Of a stretch of DNA of 64,000 nt, positions 40,075 to 47,811 are shown piece by piece. This DNA is from Nevskiales bacterium (GTDB taxonomy: Bacteria; Pseudomonadota; Gammaproteobacteria; Nevskiales; CAJXLF01), in the NCBI GenBank assembly GCA_041622995.1, contig JBFJXR010000001.1:104026-168025 (forward strand). The letters are read 5' to 3'. The number at the start of each line of letters is the position of its first letter. Positions within the stretch are counted from its first letter, which is position 1. The translations under genes were made by a program, and so were the position numbers. The notes under the pieces are model-generated. The model saw only the letters and a list, made by a program, of their open reading frames with translations, was not told the DNA's origin and did not search any database.

Positions 40075-40676
40075 CTACAGGAACGTCCCCAGATCAGGCA
40101 GCGGTTATTGGCTGGCATTTCGATATCATCCTTTAGCCTAAGACCTATCGACTCGGCTAAGTCATTCACCGCTTCAAAATCGCGAATTGCCCTATGCGGA
40201 GCCTGTGATTTCAGCCACGCATCAAACCGGGCATTGCTTTCGCTGGTATAGGCACCGTCGTAATTAAACGGCCCGTATATTACAAGCCTCGCATCAGGCA
40301 GTAACACAGCATCCAGTCCCGAAAAGAAACACTCCACTTCAGACCAGGACATGATATGCAGACAGTTTGCCGCGAACACTGCGTCCCTATTTTTGGCTGG
40401 CCATGGCTGGTCAGCCACATCCAGTACAAGTGGCACAGGCGTATTGGGCAATGCCGCCTCATCCAGCCATTGCTGAATTCCTTCAATATGCTCAGCCTGA
40501 TCCGAACACTGCCAGGTAAGATGCGGCATTGCTGCGGCAAAATAGACTGCATGCTGCCCAGTGCCACTGGCCACCTCCAAAACATTTTCAATGCCAGAGA
40601 ACTCCCGGCGTAATACCGCCAGTATCGGCTCACGATTACGCTCACAGGAAGCTGAGAAAGGCTTTGTGGCCGAAAT
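40071..40676 (-). CDS. DUF938-family SAM-dependent methyltransferase-like protein
   Basis: The track ORF is 40071..40580 with a TTG start. The same frame stays open upstream and encodes KPFSASCERNREPILAVLRREF, the conserved DUF938 N-terminus. No ATG, GTG or TTG is available there; ATT at 40674-40676 is a candidate start. The SAM motif is LEVASGTGQH. Confidence 0.7.
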   Translation of the reverse strand: MSATKPFSASCERNREPILAVLRREFSGIENVLEVASGTGQHAVYFAAAMPHLTWQCSDQAEHIEGIQQWLDEAALPNTPVPLVLDVADQPWPAKNRDAVFAANCLHIMSWSEVECFFSGLDAVLLPDARLVIYGPFNYDGAYTSESNARFDAWLKSQAPHRAIRDFEAVNDLAESIGLRLKDDIEMPANNRCLIWGRSCS

Positions 40677-40678
40677 GA

Positions 40679-40942
40679 CTAATCCCCGAAATGCAGGTGG
40701 GCATTGATTAAGGCAGATGGCGGCATCTGCAGATAAAAACCGTCCACTTCCAGTTTCTCCAGCACCAGGGAAACCTTCGCCCGTGCCAATTTCGAATCCG
40801 GTGTCAGAGACAGCTCCATGACCTGTGTAAGCTCACCTACCTGCTTAAGCAGAGCTGCCGGCAGGTCATCAGTAGTCACACCCTCTCGCAGGTACAAGTA
40901 CATTTCCGCCTGCTTCTTGCAACGGTATACAACACATTCCAT
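40679..40942 (-). CDS. YcgL domain-containing protein
   Basis: 87 aa. MECVVYRCKKQAEMYLYL...DGFYLQMPP parallels E. coli YcgL (CVIYRSSKRDQTYLYV...QGYYLQLPP). Confidence 0.8.
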   Translation of the reverse strand: MECVVYRCKKQAEMYLYLREGVTTDDLPAALLKQVGELTQVMELSLTPDSKLARAKVSLVLEKLEVDGFYLQMPPSALINAHLHFGD

Positions 40943-40945
40943 GTT

Positions 40946-41941
40946 TTATACTTTGATGACGAGCTTGCCCATGTTTTCACCATGAAACAGCTTAAGTAGC
41001 GTTTCAGGGAAAGTCTCAAGGCCTTCAACGATATCCTCGCGCGTCTTCAATTTACCCTGCGCCATCCACTGCCCCATCTGCATGGCAGCCTCCATGTAGC
41101 GATCAGCATAATCAAACACCACAAAGCCCTGCATACGTGCCCGATTAACCAGCAAGGACATGTAATTGCTCGGACCCTTAACGGTTTCCATATTGTTGTA
41201 CTGGGATATTGCCCCGCAGATGGCGATCCGGGCACCGGGTGCCAGACGGGTAAGCACTGTATCCAGAATATCCCCACCGACGTTATCGAAATAAACATCC
41301 ACGCCTTTCGGGCAATGCTGCTTAAGTCCGTCTTTCAAGTCATCGTTCTTGTAATCAATACAGGCATGAAAGCCAAGTTCATCAACGACATAACGGCACT
41401 TCTCAGCACCACCGGCAATGCCGACCACCCGACAGCCCTTGATCTTCGCGACTTGCCCAACCACCTGGCCGACAGCACCTGCAGCACCGGACACCACCAC
41501 AGTATCGCCCTCTTTGGCCTCACCGACTTCAAGCAATCCGAAATAGGCGGTCATGCCCGGCATGCCAAGCGTACCGAGGTAAACCGGCAAAGGTGCCAGG
41601 GCAGGGTCAACCTTGGTTACACCCTTGCCGTCCGACAGCGCGTACTCCTGAACACCAAACATGCCAAGCACGTGATCGCCTGCAGCGAACTTAGGATTCC
41701 TGGACTCCAGTACCTCACCCACCGTGCCGGCACGCATCACCTCACCAATCCCTACCGGGGGAATATAGGACTTACCTTCATTCATCCAGCCGCGCATGGC
41801 GGGATCCAGTGAAATGTACTCAATCTTCACCAGCAATTGACCTTCACCAACATCAGGAATCTCTTCTTCGGTGTATTCAAAATCATTGCGTTTGGGTTCA
41901 CCCTGCGGACGGGCGATAAGACGAAATTGATGATTAGTCAT
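40946..41941 (-). CDS. NADP-dependent oxidoreductase (MDR superfamily, alkenal/enone reductase YncB/CurA-like)
   Basis: 331 aa with the nucleotide-binding motif SGAAGAVGQVVGQVAK and a family-typical N-terminus (LIARPQGEPKRNDFEY). Confidence 0.85.
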   Translation of the reverse strand: MTNHQFRLIARPQGEPKRNDFEYTEEEIPDVGEGQLLVKIEYISLDPAMRGWMNEGKSYIPPVGIGEVMRAGTVGEVLESRNPKFAAGDHVLGMFGVQEYALSDGKGVTKVDPALAPLPVYLGTLGMPGMTAYFGLLEVGEAKEGDTVVVSGAAGAVGQVVGQVAKIKGCRVVGIAGGAEKCRYVVDELGFHACIDYKNDDLKDGLKQHCPKGVDVYFDNVGGDILDTVLTRLAPGARIAICGAISQYNNMETVKGPSNYMSLLVNRARMQGFVVFDYADRYMEAAMQMGQWMAQGKLKTREDIVEGLETFPETLLKLFHGENMGKLVIKV

Positions 41942-42005
41942 AATTAATTATCCTAAAAACTTTTATGCAAATTCGCAGAATTTGCGTGGAAATTTCAGTG
42001 CGAGC

Positions 42006-42788
42006 CTAATCCGCAGAAACAACAAAGCCACCCGATTTGTCATCACGGGTAATCTTAAGCAGACCCGCCTTATTCATCGCCTCGACCAGCTCACTGAATG
42101 TACTGAAGCCGTGGTATGACTCGGTAAAACCCGGGCGGCGTCGCTTGATGGCCTGTTTAATCATGGACCCCCAGATCTTGTCATCTTCACGTTCAGAACG
42201 CAGAGCCTCGAAGGTTTCCAGCACCAGATCGAAGGCTTCCTGGGTTTTATCGTCAGGGGACTTTGCAGTCTTGGCTTTACTCTTGGCAGCAGGTTTACGC
42301 CGTGGTTTCTTGGTCGTACGTACCAGGTCATCGTAAAAGATGAATTCGTCGCAATTGGCCGTGAGCAGGTCTGAAGTGGAATTTTTCACACCCACCCCGA
42401 TGACCATTTTGTTGTTTTCCCTGAGTTTGCTCACCAGCGGCGAGAAATCGGAATCGCCGGAAATAATCACGAAGGTATCCACATGCGCCTTGGTGTAGCA
42501 GAGGTCCAGAGCATCAACCACCATACGGATGTCGGCGGAATTCTTGCCAGACTGCCTGACATGCGGAATATCAATCAGTTCAAACGCCGCTTCATGCATT
42601 GTTTTCTTGAATTTACTGTAACGCTCCCAGTCGGAATAGGCCTTTTTGACCACGATAGACCCTTTCAGCAACAGGCGCTCAAGCACCTTATTGATATCAA
42701 AGTCGTCGTATTTGGCGTCACGCACACCCAGTGCGACATTTTCGAAATCGCAAAAGAGCGCCATATTTGGAGATTTTTCTTTGTTCAT
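42006..42788 (-). CDS. NYN-domain (LabA-like) protein with C-terminal OST-HTH/LOTUS domain
   Basis: 260 aa. The NYN motifs are ALFCDFENV, KNSADIRMVVDA and ISGDSDFSPLV. A Lys-rich linker follows, then a C-terminal HTH-like module. Confidence 0.8.
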   Translation of the reverse strand: MNKEKSPNMALFCDFENVALGVRDAKYDDFDINKVLERLLLKGSIVVKKAYSDWERYSKFKKTMHEAAFELIDIPHVRQSGKNSADIRMVVDALDLCYTKAHVDTFVIISGDSDFSPLVSKLRENNKMVIGVGVKNSTSDLLTANCDEFIFYDDLVRTTKKPRRKPAAKSKAKTAKSPDDKTQEAFDLVLETFEALRSEREDDKIWGSMIKQAIKRRRPGFTESYHGFSTFSELVEAMNKAGLLKITRDDKSGGFVVSAD

Positions 42789-42858
42789 TTAGTTAGTATG
42801 GCAGGCCTCTGTGACAACCAGTACCCTTATCTTATAACCGCCCATCAGGCAGATAGAT

Positions 42859-43722
42859 TTGTTCCCCTACAAACACAACTTTGTACTCAACCCGGAAATC
42901 CTAGATGACAGCCATGTCCGCTATGATCTGGATATAAATATCGAGCGCTGGCCCTGGCTGAAGCTTGCACCGGATCACCCGGTACTTATCGGGAAACACA
43001 GCTTTTTTATCGGCATAGGTTGTGGGTTCGACCTGCTCAAGCTCCCGGTTCAAACGGCTAGCGCCTTGACTAAAGTGATATGGAAAAACATGCCTGCATG
43101 CCTGCATCAAAAGCATGCAACCCGGGCCCTGGCAGAAATCTCCGACGAGGATGACAAGTTCTATTACGGCTGTGAACTGCTTAGTGCAGACGCGCAGGTC
43201 ATGCAGACAATGCAGGCTTGGGGTGTCGTGTTTCGCAAGCGTGATTACGGCAGCTGGCGTGACAGGATAAAAAATGCGCTGGAACGCACCCGCCCGCAGG
43301 ATTTCAACTTCGCTTCAGCAGAAACCGCCGGCGTAAATACTTCACAGGAATGTTTTGTCTCGCCGCTACATGAGAATCGCAAAGGCCTTTCCTGTTTCGC
43401 CTTGATAGATGCCAGAGCAGGGTTTGTGCCTTTGCATCCCTGGCATACAGGTACAGGTGACCATGCGACCGCCAGCCATTTACTGGACGTGGCTTATCAG
43501 GCGGCTCACATGGTGGGACATGCACAAGGCTGGTTATCAACCTCTCACACAGTGCATTGCATGGGCGGTGAGGCATTATTCAAAAAATATGTCGAACTGG
43601 GCACCCCATTTGAGATTACCTTGCGTAGCTGGAAGCCACTGGATAACGGGCGGGCACTGCGCTTTTCACTGTCACAGAACTCGGCTATCTGTGTGGATAT
43701 CCTGCTGGAACTGAATCAATAA
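42859..43722 (+). CDS. hypothetical protein (possible double hot-dog fold)
   Basis: 287-aa ORF with a TTG start; the first in-frame ATG is not until about codon 77. The C-terminal segment HTGTGDHATASHLLDVAYQ has the H-x13-[DE]-x3-Q spacing of the FabZ-type hot-dog active site. No confident family call. Confidence 0.5.
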   Translation: MFPYKHNFVLNPEILDDSHVRYDLDINIERWPWLKLAPDHPVLIGKHSFFIGIGCGFDLLKLPVQTASALTKVIWKNMPACLHQKHATRALAEISDEDDKFYYGCELLSADAQVMQTMQAWGVVFRKRDYGSWRDRIKNALERTRPQDFNFASAETAGVNTSQECFVSPLHENRKGLSCFALIDARAGFVPLHPWHTGTGDHATASHLLDVAYQAAHMVGHAQGWLSTSHTVHCMGGEALFKKYVELGTPFEITLRSWKPLDNGRALRFSLSQNSAICVDILLELNQ

Positions 43723-43724
43723 CT

Positions 43725-44651
43725 TCAGTGCTTATCGACAAACGCCAGGTAATGAGCAGCAGTATCCGCAGGTCTTTCCAGCATCGGCACGTGACCGGTA
43801 TCTTTCATGATAACCACTTCAGCATGTGGCAATAGCGGCCGCATGACATTGACTGAACTCACATCCAGCACACGATCGAATTCTCCCCACAAAATCAGTG
43901 CCGGATTATCAATATCGGCCAGCTTGCTTTCCAGCCCGGAGAAGCGGTCACTCTTATAAGAATCGAATATGTACTGATTGAATTCCGCATGATCCAGTGC
44001 CTTCTGTGCCAGCACGCCTTTCACCGGCCAGGGTACGAAGGGTTTCTTGTAAGAGACGAACTCTAAAAGGCCATCAAAATCCTCGACCGAGCCTACAACC
44101 AATGGATTACTTCCTTCATCCAGTGCCTTCTGCATATCGCTCTTGTCCGGTGCATTAATGCCGGCATTATTGAACAGCGCCATGGATAGCACCTGCCCCG
44201 GATATTTGTGTGTATACAGGGCTGCCAGATGCCCACCCATGGAATTACCCACAACGTGAAACTGCTCCAACTTCATCGCCGCCGCAAAACCATTCACACG
44301 ACCACGTTGCGGTGGCAGGGAATAATCCCAGTCCGCATGCCGGGCGGACTCGCCAAAGCCAGGCAGGTCAGGCGCAATGACGCGATAGCTGCCCGTCAGT
44401 GATTTTGAAAACCGTGTCCAGTTGTCCTTGTCGCCACCAAAACCATGCAGTAATAGCACCACTTCAGCATCGGCAGGCCCGCCCTCAAGGTAGTGCCAGG
44501 TTTCATCACCAATTACGATTGTTTTGTGACTCAGCCCACTGGCAGCACGCTCGGCATTCATGCCCAGTTTTGCCGTTTCTTCGGGATACAGCGCCATCAA
44601 TACGACCAGAATGGCGACAAGCCCCAACAGATGAAGAAATATTTTTTTCAT
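43725..44651 (-). CDS. secreted/membrane-anchored alpha/beta hydrolase
   Basis: 308 aa with an N-terminal hydrophobic signal, an HGFGG oxyanion motif and a GNSMGG nucleophile elbow. Confidence 0.8.
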   Translation of the reverse strand: MKKIFLHLLGLVAILVVLMALYPEETAKLGMNAERAASGLSHKTIVIGDETWHYLEGGPADAEVVLLLHGFGGDKDNWTRFSKSLTGSYRVIAPDLPGFGESARHADWDYSLPPQRGRVNGFAAAMKLEQFHVVGNSMGGHLAALYTHKYPGQVLSMALFNNAGINAPDKSDMQKALDEGSNPLVVGSVEDFDGLLEFVSYKKPFVPWPVKGVLAQKALDHAEFNQYIFDSYKSDRFSGLESKLADIDNPALILWGEFDRVLDVSSVNVMRPLLPHAEVVIMKDTGHVPMLERPADTAAHYLAFVDKH

Positions 44652-44672
44652 TTCAAGTACTCAATAGGTTTT

Positions 44673-46043
44673 TCAAATACCAGCGGCGGTTTCCAGGTCC
44701 GCCAGCGCCTGCTCCGTGTAATCCAGCAAGCGCTGCATACCCGGCACGGTACGGCGGCAGGCGGTATACCCGAAGCAGATACGATCGATATAACTGGTCA
44801 GCGTGATATTCAATGCCTGCCCATCGACCGGGATGGAGACCGGGTACATCTCATCCATTCTTGCGCCATTCCAGTACAGAGGTTTGGTTGGGCCCGGCAC
44901 ATTGGAAATGACCAGATTGAATATAGGCCGCACCTTATCTATGCCCAGGAAACTGGCAACCGGCATCGGCGATGAAATTGCCGCCGCATAGGACAGCTGC
45001 TCGACCCGGGACATTTGTCCGAGCTTCTCTTTCGCATGTTTGGTGGAAGCCACAATCGTTTCCAGTCTCTTGCCCGGGTCAGCAATTTGCGTGGCCAGAT
45101 TCGCGAGGATAATCGAAACCTGATTGCCTGCATCCGGGTTATCGGCAGAACGCACCGATACCGGCACCATGGAAATCAGGGGTTCATCCGGCAGTGCATT
45201 CTGCGAAATCAGGTACTCACGAAGTGCGCCAGCACACATCGCAAGCACTACATCATTCAGGGTTGCCCCGCTGGCCTTACCGACAGCCTTGATACGCGCC
45301 AGATCATAGGACTGTGCCGCAAAGCGACGCGGACTGGAAATCTTGACGTTGAACATAGTCGGCGGCGCCTGAAAGGGCGTGATATCAGTCGGATCTGACT
45401 TACTTGGCCTGACGATATCCCAGATTCCACGAGCCACACCTGGCACGATCCCGGAACTCTCCCGCAAGGAGTTTGCCATCATCACCAGGGGGTTGGCATC
45501 CTCAACCGGGGACAGGATACGTGGCGCTCTCGGTGGACGTTCCTTGGCCCAGAAGGGGGCATCGCCTCGCAGAGCAGGATCTTCACTCAGACCATTCATG
45601 GTGGCGCGCATCGCAGCCACACCATCAAACAGGGCATGATGGAGCTTGCCGTAAACGGCAATACGCCCATCCTCCAGCCCCTCGATAATATGCATCTCCC
45701 ACATGGGGTGACTGCGATCCATCAGGGTGCCATGCAATCTCGACACCAGGGAAAGCAGCTCACGTATCCGGCCCGGCCGAGGCAGGGATGAATGGCGGAA
45801 ATGGTGATCAAGGTCAAAGTGATCATCTTCAGCCCATTGCCAGCGTCCCATGCGAAACACCGGCCGCAGGTTATATGGCTCGACGGCCTGAGCATAACTG
45901 CGTGATTGCTCCACCAGTTCAGTCACAAAATCGGGGCCGGCATCCTCCGGCGGCGTGTACAAATGCAACCCTCCCACATGCATGGGCTGGCGTCTGCCTT
46001 CAATCCACAGAAATGCGGAGTCCTGCAAGGATAGTGATTTCAT
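44673..46043 (-). CDS. wax ester synthase/acyl-CoA:diacylglycerol acyltransferase (WS/DGAT)
   Basis: 456 aa with the catalytic HHxxxDG motif (KLHHALFDGVAA) and family-typical length and termini. Confidence 0.9.
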   Translation of the reverse strand: MKSLSLQDSAFLWIEGRRQPMHVGGLHLYTPPEDAGPDFVTELVEQSRSYAQAVEPYNLRPVFRMGRWQWAEDDHFDLDHHFRHSSLPRPGRIRELLSLVSRLHGTLMDRSHPMWEMHIIEGLEDGRIAVYGKLHHALFDGVAAMRATMNGLSEDPALRGDAPFWAKERPPRAPRILSPVEDANPLVMMANSLRESSGIVPGVARGIWDIVRPSKSDPTDITPFQAPPTMFNVKISSPRRFAAQSYDLARIKAVGKASGATLNDVVLAMCAGALREYLISQNALPDEPLISMVPVSVRSADNPDAGNQVSIILANLATQIADPGKRLETIVASTKHAKEKLGQMSRVEQLSYAAAISSPMPVASFLGIDKVRPIFNLVISNVPGPTKPLYWNGARMDEMYPVSIPVDGQALNITLTSYIDRICFGYTACRRTVPGMQRLLDYTEQALADLETAAGI

Positions 46044-46107
46044 TCCGGCTCCCGTTGTCTTTATTTACTCGGAAACGATAATGATGGCACAGTCGATTTA
46101 TTGTTGC

Positions 46108-46944
46108 TCAGGCCGCTTTCTGTTCGCGCTCTACTGCCCTGAGAAATCGCATGATTTCTGGCAGCATGCGTTCCGGGCGGGTTCGCAGTTCGAAAATGGA
46201 ATTGGCCATCATGAATTCTGCATTCGGTAGTTCATTTGCAAGAATCTTTGCATCTTCCAGATCATGCAACCAGTCGCGACCGTGGCCGATCACCAATGTA
46301 GGCATTGTGAGCTTCACTCGTTCACGCTTGGGAGGCACGACAGACCCCACCAGAACACCATGCAACACGCTGGCTATGGATTCCGGCTCTTGCGACAGTG
46401 CATTCATGCCACTTTCAAACAAGCCATTTTTGGGTCGCGGCATCATTCGCATACCCCGCGCAAACAAACGATATACCGGCGCTGCATATCGCACGGCCCC
46501 TAACAATGGCACCAGCATCATGGCTGCCGCAGGTACGGCACGCTCCATCACAGGCATCTCCAGTATCATCGCCTTCACACGATGGGGTGCCTGCACGGCA
46601 AACTGCAATGAAGTAATGGCACCCAATGACATGCCGCCAATGACTGCGGACTCGACCCCGAAGTAATCCAGCGTTACACCCACCTGCTCGGCAAAGAACT
46701 CCACCCGTAACTCCTTGGCATGCCGCGGCTTGTCGCTTTTGCCGTGTCCCAGAAGGTCGAGCAGCACCACACGATATCCCTTGCTGGCAAAGGCCAGTGC
46801 AAGATCCCTATTACAGGCGGCATCCAGCAGAATGCCATGAATCAGAATCATCAACGGCCCATCGGTAGGGCCGTGCGCCTCATAAGCCAAGCGATAATCT
46901 TCATAAGGAATGGTGCCCTTGTTGGCGAGCAGTCGTGTCGTCAT
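46108..46944 (-). CDS. alpha/beta hydrolase
   Basis: 278 aa with an IHGILL oxyanion region and a GMSLGA nucleophile elbow. Confidence 0.8.
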   Translation of the reverse strand: MTTRLLANKGTIPYEDYRLAYEAHGPTDGPLMILIHGILLDAACNRDLALAFASKGYRVVLLDLLGHGKSDKPRHAKELRVEFFAEQVGVTLDYFGVESAVIGGMSLGAITSLQFAVQAPHRVKAMILEMPVMERAVPAAAMMLVPLLGAVRYAAPVYRLFARGMRMMPRPKNGLFESGMNALSQEPESIASVLHGVLVGSVVPPKRERVKLTMPTLVIGHGRDWLHDLEDAKILANELPNAEFMMANSIFELRTRPERMLPEIMRFLRAVEREQKAA

Positions 46945-46996
46945 AGTTCAAATGTTGTGATGAATATCGGACAATGGTATCTATTGCTCCCCACCC

Positions 46997-47797
46997 TTGC
47001 CTACCTCAAAGAGCGGAAAAATGAATACAAAGCCAAACGTATTGATCACCGGCGCTGCTGCCGGCATTGGCAAGGCAACGGCCGAGCTTTTTGCCAGCAA
47101 TGGATGGTACGTCGGGCTTTTTGATGTAGACGTTGATGGCGTCTCTGCCTTACAGAAGCAACTTGGAGACGACTCTGCTCTGGCGGGCAGACTGGACGTC
47201 ACCAATCCGGATGACTGGCAATTGGCACTGGATGAATTCACTGCCTCGCACGGCGGAAAGCTTGACCTGCTGATCAACAATGCCGGGGTACTAACGACGG
47301 GGAATTTCGAAAGCATTGATCTTGGCAAACATCACGGCATGGTCGACATCAATTTCAAAGGCGTTATCAATGGCTGTTATCTGGCCTTTCCGTATTTGAA
47401 GCTGGCAGCAGGCGCTCGTGTCATCAATATTTCATCAGCCTCGGCTGTTTACGGCGCACCTATTTTTACGAGTTATTCAGCCACCAAGTTTGCAGTGCGC
47501 GGCCTCACCGAGGCTTTGAATCTGGAATGGCAAGACCACGACATCAGCGTCTCCGACATCATGCCGATTTTTGTGCAGTCCAATATGACCAGGGACATGC
47601 ATACCAAGAGTTCGGATGAAATGGGCATTAAGCTCACGCCACAGGATATTGCAAATACCGCATGGAAGGCCGCAAACCACAAGGGCTTTGCCAAGGTACA
47701 TTGGCCGGTAGGTGCAGGAACAATTCAACTCATGCTGGCGAGCCGCCTGCTGCCTACGTGGCTAATTCGCATAATTCTTCGAAAATTGAGTCTCTGA
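46997..47797 (+). CDS. short-chain dehydrogenase/reductase (SDR)
   Basis: 266 aa with the cofactor motif TGAAAGIGKA, an NNAG motif and the catalytic YSATK. Confidence 0.9.
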   Translation: MPTSKSGKMNTKPNVLITGAAAGIGKATAELFASNGWYVGLFDVDVDGVSALQKQLGDDSALAGRLDVTNPDDWQLALDEFTASHGGKLDLLINNAGVLTTGNFESIDLGKHHGMVDINFKGVINGCYLAFPYLKLAAGARVINISSASAVYGAPIFTSYSATKFAVRGLTEALNLEWQDHDISVSDIMPIFVQSNMTRDMHTKSSDEMGIKLTPQDIANTAWKAANHKGFAKVHWPVGAGTIQLMLASRLLPTWLIRIILRKLSL

Positions 47798-47811
47798 GTG
47801 ATACACCGGTT

